Below are positions 13,101 through 25,551 of a stretch of 64,000 bases of DNA, one piece after another. How positions within the stretch are numbered: the stretch's first letter is position 1; each line of letters begins with the position of its first letter. The DNA is from Phoronis australis (lineage: Eukaryota; Animalia; Phoronida). A program made the translations under genes and the position numbers. The notes under the pieces were generated by a model. The model did not search any database. It was given only the letters and a program-made list of their open reading frames with translations, and was not told the DNA's origin. The stretch is from contig NMRA01000357.1 in NCBI GenBank assembly GCA_002633005.1, positions 76,048-140,047 on the forward strand, written 5' to 3'.

Positions 13101-14511
13101 AGCCAGTTCTTTCAAAGACCTGAAATTAGCTGATTAATTGACTAATTTGGGACCTTTTTCACAACAGCAAGTAGACAAAATCAAAAGTTGTTTTGCGATG
13201 CACAGCCAGTGTTTTAAACCACATTATCCTTAAAATCCTCCCAAGATTCATGGAGACCATTAATTACAACAAGATATCATACCTCAGTTACTTAACCTGG
13301 TTTACTCTTTTCTCTTCTCTTATTAGAGGATGACAATTTTTTTAGTTTTTAACCTTAAAGTTACACGGAACTTACAAAGCTGCATGCCATCAACCAAACC
13401 AAATACCAGCAGCAGTATAAATTCTTACATAAGGCCATGTTGATGTTTGCAATTCAAAAACGACAAATCGTTGCATTTTTTCGAATAGATATTTAGAAAA
13501 TACACATCAAAACTAAAAAACACAGTGAAATGGTCTCATTGTTTGGAGTACCCATCTTACCTGAGAAATAAGGAAAAGAGGATTACTTGAGAGCCACAAA
13601 TAGTGCAAAAATCACTTACAACAGTATTTGGATATGAAACACAATTTTAGCGAGCACCTTGCAATAAGATCTTGGTTGCGCCTACACATGATACAAGAGT
13701 TCCTCAGACAGCCAAAGGTTTCTGTGATGAGCTCCAATAGTAGTCCACTGTAGGAATGTTTTTGGGAATCCACAAGATTTGACATGAGCTTTTGAAAGTC
13801 CTCAGCTTTCATAAGTTCTCTGAAAAGATGTCATAAAATGTTAATGAACAAGACTATCAATCACGTATAAATACCATGATGAATTGTAGTTAAAGTACTG
13901 TTGGCATAATTCATGTACGATGCACTGGCTTAGAAAAAAAATGTCATTGTTTTACATTTTTCAATTTTATGCAAATGTCATGGTAATGATGACGATAGCA
14001 ATGAATATACAAGGATAGAAAAATGAACACAAGCATTATAATAATAACAGCTAAAAGAGAAGAAACAACAAATACAAAACTTAAATGTCAAAAGCTGAAA
14101 AGGTGGCCATATCAGCAAGCAGGATTTGAGTATGAAACTTAACACTATATGCTACAGACAGTATTATTAGTGATAAACATGATATATTGGACCAGGACAT
14201 GGTCAATAAATACCTATCTATCCACTTGTACCTACCTAGAGAGCGTGGCCGCTCATACTTTTTGTCGAGCAATTCAATTATACAACTACCTAGCCCCCGA
14301 CCTACCGTGACCATGTTCTACCCAATCTAATAGTTTCCTTGCATGCACCACAAATCAGATTTTGTAACAAAAAAGTCTCTAATGAACTCCTAATGTTGCT
14401 TCTGAGCAAATACGAGTCAATACACCTGATATTTTGCTGAGAAAGTCTATCTTTTAATGTTTTACAATGAACCACAAGCATGGGCAACTCATTAGCCGGA
14501 AAAGCCGCCAT
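1111..14511 (-). CDS. ATXN10: Ataxin-10 homolog, spliced, 3'-partial (last exons lie before position 1)
   Basis: Exons on minus: 14511-14426, 13819-13658, 12762-12662, 11874-11781, 10904-10740, 8559-8482, 7385-7232 (duplicate at 4875-4722), 3148-3040, 1286-1111. All are GT-AG with matching phases. Peptides LLELITETFGCLRNSCIMCRRNQDLI, CGVQFLGNL, DIEWG, KILDVLC and ALKRQLVRLIGNAVFRHRANQD match, in order, the ataxin-10 motifs I recall (CFRCLRNAC..NQ, CGLQFLGNI, LLDVLC, LIRLIGNL..NQD). The exon 2 donor (GTGCTC) is weak. Confidence 0.9.
1630..2439. repeat. 43-bp minisatellite, about 19 copies
   Basis: TGACAAYGTTTCCCTTTGAGAAATACATGTCATAAAGACTCAC, head-to-tail and almost invariant. Confidence 0.97.
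3379..4270 (+). mobile_element. Non-autonomous Helentron/HINE-like interspersed repeat
   Basis: Starts AACAAGAGCAACGCAG and ends with hairpin CCACATAT-AA-ATATGTGG then GCCCATAAAAA. Internal subrepeats carry CCACTAGRKGGC. Homologous to four other loci in the window. The family assignment is an inference. Confidence 0.6.
4722..4875 (-). other. ATXN10: Duplicate copy of ATXN10 exon 7 (154 nt)
   Basis: Same sequence and splice sites as 7232-7385 (offset 2510). Lies inside the 2.5 kb duplication. Confidence 0.85.
4978..5237. repeat. 32-bp minisatellite, about 8 copies
   Basis: TTCAAGTAGAGACAACACACACACCACGGACA repeated. Confidence 0.93.
5882..6778 (+). mobile_element. Same Helentron-like repeat (copy within the duplication)
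   Basis: Near-identical to 3379-4270. Confidence 0.6.
7488..7779. repeat. 32-bp minisatellite, about 9 copies
   Basis: Same unit with one more copy than 4978-5237 (duplication offset rises from 2510 to 2542). Confidence 0.93.
8831..10290 (+). mobile_element. Longer, diverged member of the Helentron-like repeat family
   Basis: Starts AACAAGAGCAAC, ends ACATGTGGCCCCATAAAAA, with the same internal subrepeats. Confidence 0.6.
12181..12616. mobile_element. MITE with about 40-bp terminal inverted repeats (PIF/Harbinger-like)
   Basis: CTGCCTGGTTGCGTGAAACAGTCCCAAAT..CTCAACT at the left; AGTTGAGTCCCTATTTGGGACTGTTTCATGCAACCGGGCAG at the right. Confidence 0.7.
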
Positions 14512-14729
14512 TCTTTCACTGGAAAAAGTTGAACCTCGAATATAACGATGTCTTCCAATAAAAGGTCAGATAAAAGAATACAAATCGATATAAATCAGTA
14601 ACATTTATTTCGTAGTTTATAATTATGTTTTATATGTAGATATGAGACTATGGAACGCTAATAGAGTAACACTTTTATTCGTAATATGTTGTTTTCGTTC
14701 TATCCCTCATAACCGGATAAGGTTCACAC
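14512..14729. promoter_or_regulatory. Bidirectional promoter / 5' UTRs of ATXN10 and HSD17B10
   Basis: 218 bp between divergent ATGs at 14511 (-) and 14730 (+). Confidence 0.75.
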
Positions 14730-17700
14730 ATGACGACCATCGGAAAACTAGCTGTGAGTTCATCTACTACAAACTAGAGAACTAGAAGTGCTTGTAAATC
14801 ATTTTATGTTGCCTAGGTCAATTATTGTTGACAAGTGCATTGTATTTGAAGGTATTACTTTGACCTCAGGCAGTGTCAGCTCAGCAGTTAGTAAGGAGGC
14901 ACAGAACAGTTCTCACTGGGTTTTGCCCAGCAAAACACACATCACTTGACTTGATTTGTCACCTTTTCTTCACTCTGTCAAAAACAGGATGCAAAGAATG
15001 GCATGTTTTCAATTATTTCACATAAAAAGCCCTGCAGATGAGCACAGAAACTTTATTCTCTCTTGTATTTTTGACCATTTCATTCCCACTGAAAACCAAG
15101 CTAGATTAAGAAAAATAAGGGCAAAAAATGCAAAATTGGCACTTTTCACCCAAAAAACACCACTTCCCTGCCGATGCACGACTAAAGCCAACATTGGAGT
15201 CTGAAAGCAAATTTCCTACCGATTCCGAAAATGTGGTCCAAAAGCAGGCCTTTATCCAGGATTTCGAAAATAGGGTGTCCAAAATGGGGTTCCCAATATT
15301 CCAGGGCGTCCATAATTCCGACGCGTAACCCCCCATCCCCAGCAATCCCCCCAAACACACACATTTTTTTACAAAAAATGCATAGACCAAGGTTTTACAT
15401 CTAAGTTTACAAAACAGCCTTCTGTAGTGAGCATTTTTAATAAAAAATTGGTGTAGACCAAGACTTTTACAATGCTATCAACCAAGTGTGAGCATAGCAA
15501 CAATGCATATACTTTGTATATACATTGTATATTTCTTCCTGCTTTGAAAAAAGAGCCCTCACTGTGAGCCTTCAGAGGCTTCCTAGTAATCATTACAATG
15601 TGTGTGTCCAAACTTGAAAGGTTCCTATTGACAGTGGGCGTCCAAATGATACATTGGGCGTCCTTGCCAGGGCGGCCATATTAGTGCTTGGGAGTCCATG
15701 TGGACGCCCAAGACTAGGCTGCATAAAGGCCTGTCCAAAAGTACTGTCAACCAACTAGTTTTTTGGCAATTCTTGCTTGTTTGAGGGCTACCTAAAATCA
15801 CAGCCAATTTCTCGGTTGCTACCCAACAATTCACAATTGCAGCCGGGGACTGCCATCTTGAAGAAGAGCGCAGCTACAGCCAAGAAAGTGGCCTTTTTTA
15901 TTCACAGCATGTTCACAAATACAAACAAACCACATTCACTGAGCCTACGTGCAATGCCCACCTACAAAATGCCCCCTAACTTGGCCTACCCCAAAATTTC
16001 AATATTTTGGGAGTGCAAATTGGCCGCGGCCGCAGCCTAAATATTCAGTGCCACCTAACCACTTAGCCTTGGGCTAGCTGCATGAAAACTATCCTCAAAA
16101 ATAAATTGGGTACCACTGGTACTGACACTGTGTGGCAGTGTGCTGAGCACAGTCGTTAGACCCTGAAATTTTCAATTTGCATAGCCCTGGTAGTTCTGAT
16201 TGTCACTTCGTTTTGAAACTTATCAAGTTGAGCTATGACCAGTGGCGGACCTAAGGATACCATAACCGGGGGGAGGGGCAAATTGTTGCCTCGAGGGAAT
16301 TGGTCAAAGCGCGGTTGTATGTGCCCAGGCGACCCGAAATTTGTGGGGGGCAGGGGCCAGGGATGTGGACCTTTTGTTCAGGAAATCCATTGGTGGACTT
16401 AAAAAAAAAGACGGGAATACGATTCCATCCGAGCTCCCTCGTCCGCTACCGGTCCTGGTTACTGAACTCAATATCTCCTCACGCTTCATGCTGCTGTTGT
16501 TGCATTTTGCTTCCGGCAGCCAAGGGGGGGGCCTGGGCCCACTGGGCTTCCCCCTAAATCCGCCTATGTGACCGATGAGGTTGCGTGCTAAATCTGGGAG
16601 TCAACCAACACTCACCTTGCCCATTGCAGCCGTTAGTGATAAACAATGGCAATGTAATAAACATCATTTTCTGGCTTTATAACCAACAAAAATCTGTCAT
16701 CATTTGAAAACAGTACGCTTGTGACGCACGCATGTGCTATTTCCTAAAATTTTGCAACCTCTCTTGGCAGATGATGACAGCTTCGCAGCAGCTAAATTTG
16801 TTCTGAAATTCGGTTTGCTCATGTATTAAAGTACGAAATGCTTGTAACGAAATGAAACCAGTTACGATAACCTGTTATAACATGTATGCCAGCTCGTGGA
16901 AGAGATGAACAGTTGTTTGAAGAATCTGGGAAAAATGGCCAATAGGTGATACAATATTTCATGGCGCCGAAAGCCGACGCAAAAGAGCGCACCACAATTT
17001 TATCACTGTTAAAATTTAATGGTAGAACAATGGTAGAATGCCAATTTTTCCACCACAGGTAAATAATTTAGTTTGCTCAAGGACACTATATTTAGCCTGA
17101 ACCAAAGCTGGTTGCCAGCTAGCCTTGGTGCAATATACATCTTTGTGGTGATGTAGGTAAAAAACTGGCCAACCAAAATCTGACTCAAACTTATTGTCAT
17201 TAAAATCTAGACAGTGCCACCGTCTGCACACTAAAACCCTAGACAGTGCCACCGTCTGCACACTAAAACCCTAGATAGTGCCTCCGTCTGCACACTAAAA
17301 CCTTAGACAGTGCCACGGTCCTGACTGATCCTAGTAGATATAGTGAAGCTTCTATGGTTAAAACATCAGTCACATTGCTATATAAGTACTTTTTGCACAT
17401 TTAGGCACCTTTGGAGGCCGTCAATGTCCTGGCATGTGAAATGTGAAAATGGCCGATTTGGGCAATTAAAGGAGGAACTGGTCAAAAAAAGTTTGATTAC
17501 TGGAGTATTTGTTTGAGTTGGAGGGAATTCAAGACATCAGCGACCTCCTAAGGTATCCCTATAGGAGCTTCACCGTCTCTACTGGAGCCAGTCCAGACGT
17601 TGGCACAGTCTAATCGAAACCCATGCCCTTCAAAAGCCCTTATTCACTCGTAGATACAGCATTTTACTGTTCACTTGTCACTCCGCCATTTGCATTTTCA

Positions 17701-20700
17701 TCTAGTGCTGAACTTGTATAATATGCATTCATGTGGTCCATTGACTGGCATTTTGGTCACTACAGTATGAAGTCACTACATCAACATTTGGGGCATCAGA
17801 TGGCAGTTGACTTGATTTGTTATTGTGTCTGAGGAGTGTCTCACATGCTTGGTGATGACTACTTTTCCCCCATTTCCCCATGTCAGGACCAGTTTCTTGC
17901 TGCAGACGCGTACAATCAAACTCTCCTCACTTTGCTTACATCCATGGAACTGTTCAGTATTGTTCACATGTGTGCAATAAGTTAATGTTGCTTTTAGTTG
18001 GAACTCATCGGCATGTTCACTGTTATAAGCTTCTAGCATTTGGTAGCACTAGGCTGGAGACAATTGCACATCACAATATTCAAGAAGTATCTTGGCAAAT
18101 TGTGCCTCATTCCGGCTAAATTGTTAAAATGGAGTTACAACTACGTCATGAGTACAGACAGACACGTTTGGAGGCCATGTTTTTAACTGCTACTAGTTTT
18201 AACACAATTTGTGTGTATCGCATAAATCTGCATTGAAATTTGTTTGCGCTAACAGTTTTTTGCTAGCAAATGAATTGGAAATCAGTTATGATTGCCGGAG
18301 TACTTGTGTGAGTTGGACTGTTTTAAAGACATCTATACCCTCAAAAGATGTCCCCTAATGCTCAAAAGGTATTAATGGATAGGTAACTTTTTTGCCGTAG
18401 CGAGGCGTAAATTTGACTAAAAATTTCCGGTGTGTAATGCCTGTTGTTTGTGTGTTTCTCTCAAAGCATAGGGTTAGCTTGAGACGGTGAGTCTGTTTAA
18501 TTATTATAGATTGTTACCGTAGGTGTGAATCTGTGTATATCGGAGTCTCAAATCTCGACACATACATTTATGAACACAGAAAAGAATTAGATAAGAATTC
18601 CAGTCATTTCACTCATAGTCAGATGAGAGCTGAGCACACTGTTTACAAATCTGCTATTATCAAACATGTTCAACATAACCATATTATTTGACTTTGACAT
18701 TGTTTCTGTCTTGGCCAGTTATTCCAAAATATTCACCTGATTCATCAGGGAGTCCGTTCTTATCGGGATGGCCAGTAATGGTTGTGTGAAAAGGGATTCG
18801 ATCCAATTCCATCTGGACACTTCTTAAAATTGTATATTGAGACCTTAACATGTCATGACATCAAATGCTCTGAACCAATACAACGTTAGTTTGAGAATGG
18901 ATTCTGATTAGGAGATCTAAATATGTTCGTAATGTGTGAATGTTCATAGGTGGCGCCGTTAGTATCTAAGGAAAATGGTATCTAAGGAAAATAGTACCTA
19001 AGGAATAAAGTAGTCGCTGACAGGTAGCCACTTTATTCCCCAGATGAGTGTCAAATTTCGTCTACGAGAAAAAAACTGCGTACATTCAGTGTTGGTTGAT
19101 ACTTAATAACATCTTCAGCGTATGTCTGAAGCTTGTTTCTTGTTGTCTTGACAAGAAGATGGAACTTGCAAGTCTTCATGAAATATTGCCATGCATTACC
19201 TGCGAAGTATGTAATCTCATGAATTTTCACTCGTATACTTGCATTAAGTCTTGCTTCACGGCTAGGGCCCTTGCTCTCTAACTGCAGTCTATCATTAAAT
19301 TGATCAAAATTCCAAACACACTTAGTCCTTAGTGAGCCTTTATGTGCTGAGTGCCGTGCTTTAAAACAAAATGCTATAATTAGTACCTTTTTCAGGCAAT
19401 TACTTTGCTCACTGACATAACCATCTTGTTTGTTTCAGGGCAAGGTAGGCCTGATAACAGGGGGCGCCTCTGGTCTTGGCCGGGCTACCGCTGAGCGGTT
19501 TGTGAGGGAAGGTGCCAAGGTTGTGCTGTGTGATCTCCCGTCCTCTACTGGTGAAGAAGTGGCCAGCAGCCTCGGAAATAATTGTCTCTTCAGTCCAACT
19601 GATGTATGCTGTACATGTTATATGTTTTAAGTTGTTTTAGTTAGAAAGCTCCTAGATGAGCTCAGACACCCACCTCTGGCTATGTCTTCAGACACCCACC
19701 TCTGGCTATGCCTTCAGACACCCACCTCTGGCTACGCCTTCAGACACCCACCTCCGGCTATGCCTTCAGACACCCACCTCCTGCTATGCCTTCAGACACC
19801 CACCTCTGGCTATGCCTTCAGANAGACACCCACCTTTGGCTATGCCTTCAGACACCCGCCTCTGGTGGTACATTCAGACGTCCACCACTGGCTTTGTCAT
19901 GGAAAGTGAGAAAGATCGATGCAAAAACGAAAGCAAACGGAACTTCAAATGTGAAGGCATACCTTCAAATGGGAAGAACCCAAAAATATTGAAAATGGAT
20001 GGGGATGAGAAATGGAAATGAGGTTGACCTATCTCCAGGATTTTGACGGACAGCTTAAATGACCAATCGTAATTCAGCTTTCTTGACACACCTTCGCCTG
20101 CATTCCCAAGCCGTCACTTTGCATGACAAAACAAGACGTCATCCTATAAAACATATTTTGATCTATAGCTCAAGAAAGTGTGCTATAAGAATGGTGAAAC
20201 AGTGTTGCTATGGCGTGTGTACTAACTAAATATTTTTGAATGTTGAAAAACAACAGCATTGGTCAACATTTAGTGGATTTGATAGGGAGGTATAAGGTAG
20301 GCATTGTCCACACAAATTCTCGATTTTGGGTTGAAATAGCAATTTCTTTGTTTTAAGTTCTCGTTTACACCATATTCAAGTTTAACTGTTTAATTGGAAT
20401 ATCTCTCACACTGAGGCTCAGACTTCTAGGAACAAGATGTAACTAGTTGTTTTTTGCCGACACCACTCTCAGCTAAACAATTACGACCAATTCCATGCAT
20501 TATTTTTTTTTTACTCAAAGTGTTATGGTCGAACATTAGAAAAGCATAAATTGTGCTATAGACTCGACCTACTTGAATCCCATGGAATCCCGTCTTGTGA
20601 CCTATGCAAATCATGACTGATTTTCTGCAAAATATCATGAAATCTATGGCATCTTACAGATAATTTGACTTTAAGGTACATACCCAGCTTTACATGCGTC

Positions 20701-23662
20701 AGTGGCCTTGTCATTTGTCAGGTGAAGGTGAACCGTGTAGGGTTCTTTGGATTTTTGCTTGCTCCAAAATACTTTTCCTCAAAAATTTATTTTTTCATTG
20801 TCTTACAAATTCTCACGTCATGAACATACTGCTGAAAAGCATTGCCTGTTGTTTTTGTCGAAGCATTCACGAATCGGTAAATAACACTGATCAATTACAT
20901 CCGGATTGTTGTTCAGTGACAGTGTATTTGCCTTCGACATCTTGTTTGTTTGCCATGTGACTTTGCAAGGGGGTGGAGCTTGCAATAGGTCAATTCTGAA
21001 ATGGGAATAACGTAGTGCTTTTTCCATCCTCACTATTCAGATTGCTAATTTTGAATTTAAGGTCCATTCTTCCCATTTTTGAGCCTGTCCTATCCATCGC
21101 AAGCTTCTCCCATCCAATTGTTAGCTTCATATTGTATAATAGAGTCTACACTTAGTTTTAGGTTTTATTGCAAAATTCATCTGTTTGTTCCATCTTACAA
21201 GAATGAAAATTCCTGTATACAAACTTGCTATCTGTTCGTTACATCTTACAAGAATGAAAATTCATGTACTATCATACAAATTTGATATTTGTTAGTTACA
21301 TCTTACAAGAATGAAAATTCATGTACTATCATACAAATTTGATATTTGTTAGTTTCATCTTACAAGAATGAAAATTCATGTACTATCATACAAATTTGAT
21401 ATTTGTTAGTTACATCTTACAAGAATGAAAATTCATGTACTATCATACAAATTTGGTATTTGTTAGTTACATCTTACAAGAATGAAAATTCATGTACTAT
21501 CATACAAATTTGATATTTGTTAGTTACATCTTACAAGAATGAAAATTCCTGTACTATCTTACAAACTTGCTATCTGTTAGTTACATCTTACAAGAATGAA
21601 AATTCATGTACTATCATACAAACTTGATATTTGTTAGTTACATCTTACAGGAAGGAAAATTCCTGTACTATCATACAAACTTGCTATCTGTTAGTTACAT
21701 CTTACAAGAATGAAAATTCCTGTATACAAACTTGCTATCTGTTAGATCCATATAGTGGTATAATCTCAAAAACCTAAACAATTGGTCTTCTCCGGAAATG
21801 TAGATATAGATAAAAATAATTCCTTTTTGATCTGTGGTTTTAATCATCCGACAAATCCGACGCCATATGTGATGGCAGTGGCATGCGTTATTTTTTGTTG
21901 AGGACAGACACGTCAATCGGAGCTTAGAACTTGTTCAACTTCCATTGTTATCCGTAGCTCAAAATTAGGTAATTTATATTGGATGTAAAGGCAGTTTTAT
22001 TTTTGTTTGTTTAAGGTAACGTCCGAGGATGACGTGGGCAATGCACTCCAGTTGGCTCAGAAGAAGTTTGGTAGTCTTGATCTCGCTGTGAGTTGTGCAG
22101 GCATTGGTGTCGCTTTTAAAATCTACAATCACAACAAAGACCGACTCCATTCATTGGAAGACTTTGCCAAAGTTCAAAATGTAAGTGAAACTTTTCTTCG
22201 ATGGAATTTTTCTGCTGAAGTTCTTCAGTTTAGTCACAAGAAAGTGTTCTAGACATTGTTTTGTATAAGAGTCTGTAGCGAATGGGTTTTTTCTGGTCGT
22301 TGTTTTGCAGATTGCTCTTAATTGTTACAATTGTGGAATTATGAAGGATTTGTGCACACTTTCAGTCCTCATTCAGTTGAATGTAACGTCTACCATTGAT
22401 CAACAGTTGATGTTTTCTACTTTCCTGCACATTCACTCATACTACCACTCTTCTCGGGACATATGGATATACCAAGGTTTTGAGCAGGTATCCTGTAAAT
22501 GTATAATTTATGTAAATCTTGAACCAGTGTGTGAAATATAGATGCCACCTGTGGCGTGCAGAGCAGACTCAAAATGTTTGTGGTATCACTAACAGGTATT
22601 CAATAAAGCTTGCTGCGTACGAAATCAATGATGTTTGAATTCATTTCTTCTCCCTCACTTTCTACCTGTGCACAGGTGAATGTCACTGGTACGTTTAACG
22701 TGATGAGGCTCGCGGCGCAAGCCATGAACAAGAACGTTCCTGATGCCAACGGGCAACGTGGCGTCCTCATCAACACGGCCAGCGTTGCTGCATTTGATGG
22801 CCAGCAGGGACAGGTGGCCTACTCCGCCAGTAAAGGGGGCATTGTTGCCATGACGTTACCTGTGGCCAGAGATCTAGCTGTTATGGGCGTCAGGGTGTGC
22901 ACGATTGCTCCAGGTGAGTTTTAATGTGCTGATGATGGAATGCTGTAAAGTCCTATTGATAAACACCCCGCTACTTCGTATATGAGCTCATATACAATGT
23001 TTGGAATTGTGTCTACACATTTAGTGTGCTGCGCATGGCTTTGCACGTGATTTTTAATTCATTATCGTGTGGAAACAACTGGCAGTGTGTACTCACTGGG
23101 AGTAGTCGGACGTAAAACAGTCTCTATAAGCAAGATATAGGAGTCTAACAGTGAGTGGCTGAACAAGAACGAGGAATGCTCACATGGGTAATAACATAAA
23201 GAATGTTAATAGTGACAGCATTGAGTGATTATGACCTTGATCACCATGACGACGGTGGGAGCAGTTCTCATAGTGATGATGATGTAGATGACGGTGACAA
23301 GAAGTGAGGTAACACACTGACAATAAACAGCATGTTACAAATGACAAAAGAAATGACAGTGGATTTGGCATTACATTGTAAATTTTTTGTGTTGAAATGG
23401 ATATCAAGTGTTAAATCACGCCAGCTGTATATTTAACCAACTGTGACCTGTAACGATCTCTTGCCCTCTAGGGTTGTTTGACACCCCCTTGCTTGCCTCG
23501 CTGCCAGAAAAGGTGAGAACGTACTTGGCATCAACTATACCGTTTCCACCACGACTAGCAAACCCAGATGAATTTGCCCATCTAGCGCAGTGTATCTTCG
23601 AGAACCCCATGCTCAATGGTGAGGTGATACGATTGGACGGAGCCCTGAGGATGATGCCGTGA
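14730..23662 (+). CDS. HSD17B10: 3-hydroxyacyl-CoA dehydrogenase type 2 / 17-beta-HSD10 (SDR family; MRPP2), 260 aa, 5 exons
   Basis: Exons 14730-14753 (MTTIGKLA, donor gtgagt), 19439-19603, 22016-22180, 22676-22913, 23472-23662; total 783 nt. Motifs [34 protein letters not shown] and [13 protein letters not shown] are diagnostic. Exon 1 was inferred from phase, donor and position. Confidence 0.95.
15515..15663 (-). repeat. Interspersed repeat, inverted copy of 63826-63973
   Basis: About 150 bp nearly identical in reverse complement. Confidence 0.85.
16240..16568. mobile_element. MITE, CAGTGGCGGA...TCCGCCTATG family
   Basis: Imperfect TIRs with G/C-run subterminal motifs; TGACC on both sides (overlapping the left terminal C). 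Confidence 0.7.
16650..17140 (+). repeat. Old interspersed repeat, diverged inverted homolog at about 63170-63580
   Basis: Shared blocks AAACATCATTTTCT, TTTGAAAACAGTACG and TAGGTGA..CAATAT...TGGC.CC in the same order on opposite strands. Confidence 0.55.
17207..17316. repeat. 32-bp tandem repeat, about 3.4 copies
   Basis: CTAGACAGTGCCACCGTCTGCACACTAAAACC repeated. Confidence 0.9.
19661..19866. repeat. 26-bp minisatellite, about 8 copies (N at 19823)
   Basis: TTCAGACACCCACCTCTGGCTATGCC repeated. Confidence 0.93.
21180..21746. repeat. 57-bp minisatellite, about 10 copies
   Basis: CATCTTACAAGAATGAAAATTCATGTACTATCATACAAATTTGATATTTGTTAGTTA repeated; only about 3 copies in the duplicate at 26810-26977. 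Confidence 0.93.
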
Positions 23663-23934
23663 GGGGATTGCTGGCAACCTAAGACTAACTGTAATCATGT
23701 TTGAGATTGCTGTTATTTTTAGAACAGCTATAGGTAATTTTAAGAAATTGTTTTTGGTACTCTCATGGAATTGGTAGTGTGTCTGCAACTGGTGAGGGTA
23801 TGCAGCAGAAAGTTTGTTTGAAGTTCTGGTACCTTTCAACATGTACTGGATGTGATAATATTTTGATAGACATTCTTATGTTTCAACTTCTCACTGATAT
23901 TTTTCAGATGATCAAGTACAATGCAATTATTAAT

Positions 23935-23940
23935 AATAAA
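23935..23940 (+). terminator. Likely polyadenylation signal of HSD17B10
   Basis: AATAAA about 270 nt after the stop; also present in the second copy at 29207-29212. Confidence 0.55.
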
Positions 23941-25419
23941 TGTGTTCAAATACAAACAGCATTGTTTTTGAAGCAAGTTTTCACCAGTTAGTAAGTAATG
24001 CATTATCAGTATTCATGGTGAAGTGACTAAGCTTGGGATTGCATGTAAAACAAAAAATGTACATACAAAAACAGTACTTTGTATGTAGTGAAACTGCTTA
24101 TAGTTAGACACACACATGGACATGTGGACAGCTAGAGTAAAAACAAGTGTCAACTTTAACATTTTCATGGAATCTTGACTTATTTTTTATGAGCAAAGCC
24201 TTGAATCTGATGTTGATTTCTGTTCAGCTTAACATTAAAGCATAGAACTTTAACCCTGGAATGCCAACATCCGTAGGTGACCTATGTATTCCAGTATTAG
24301 AGCTTGGGACCCAAGACTAGCCACGAGAGTTTGCACTGAGAATTTCCGGCCTCCTGTCGACTGATCGAGTTTTGATCGAGAATTGTAGTTATCAAATCAA
24401 GCCTATGGATCATTTTTATTTTTTTTAATTGTTCGTCAAGCGAGACTCTTGAAGTGCTTCCATACAGTTATCCGTTTCTCGGCAAAATTAGTCAACAAAA
24501 CCGACAATTACAGTGACTATTCTTTATAAGCACCGACCTGTGGCCTTGGGTGGATGCTGGGAGTAGTTTGACCTCTGATGTCTTTGCAACTTTAGTCGTA
24601 GAACCACTTTCCACAACCTATCGTACTAGGGGCTAGGAGTTTTTCAACAATCATTTTTGGTTTGTTGAAGCCATGTTACAGTATTTTACCAAAAGAAGTT
24701 ACATTTGGCCTAAATGAAACGTTTAGGCCCTGTAAAACAGTTGTGTTTACTAAGTAACTCGAAAATTGTTAAATGTTCCACTTTTTACCACGGGGCCAAA
24801 TTTACATTATCATTTGTCTCATACGCATTTAATCGGTCCAGTGCAATACGGCCATGTGATGCGTCTCCCTTTCGACAACAAACGCTGACAGTCCGGTGCG
24901 TCTGTGTGTTGCAGCGACGGAACTTTTCACCCTTGCGTTTTGGCTTGGATCCAGATGTCCCGATTTTTATCCGAAGTCCCGCTGTTCAATACAGTTGTTC
25001 GTTTTTTCGTTCTTGAACGTTGACCTTGGCAACTATGCAACAGGTGTTCAAAATGGCATTGTCTTATATGCATTGTTATTTTGCAGAAGCCACTTTCTTT
25101 AGTAACATAATCGTAAAATGTGTTCCAATGTCTCATGTTTACGGTAACTTTATGTATCAGAATCAATAACTTTCACTTTCGGAAGAAAGAGTTAATCATT
25201 CCTAATCTTTCACGGACATTCCTACACTTTGCAACCAGGTGTGGTGAGCTATCCCGGCACAGCACATTTCAACGTTATAATGTTTGCCCATTTTTCATCT
25301 ATCAGAAAACCCTTTTTGCAAAATTTCGGACAGATACTTAGAGTAGTAGACTGGCGCTGTTGCTGAGAAGTTACTCCAATGCAAGTCAGTCAGAGCTGTT
25401 TTGCGATCTCCATATCAAG

Positions 25420-25545
25420 CGGTGGCGGATCTACGTTTTCAGTAAGGGGGGGTTTAGGATTCCCGCAAAGGTCGAATCCGAGGCGCGTGGCGCCGAGCGG
25501 GGGGGGGCGGAGGTCGGGTGGGGGGGTAAACCCCCTCCCGTGTAA
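25420..25545 (+). mobile_element. MITE left part (C.GTGGCGGATCTACG family), present in only one of the two duplicated copies
   Basis: Homologous to 60871-60970; absent at the matching site 30683/30684. Confidence 0.7.
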
Positions 25546-25551
25546 GACAAC

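Noticed and set aside
13551-13580. Strong CAG/GTAAG site in ATXN10 intron 2 (minus strand)
   Set aside because: Extending exon 2 to it hits a stop codon, and the 13658 donor already gives the right phase. It might be a recursive or alternative site, but nothing here supports that.
17500-18120. Coding-looking minus-strand stretch in HSD17B10 intron 1
   Set aside because: Interrupted by stops and without a motif I can name; possibly an old transposon relic.
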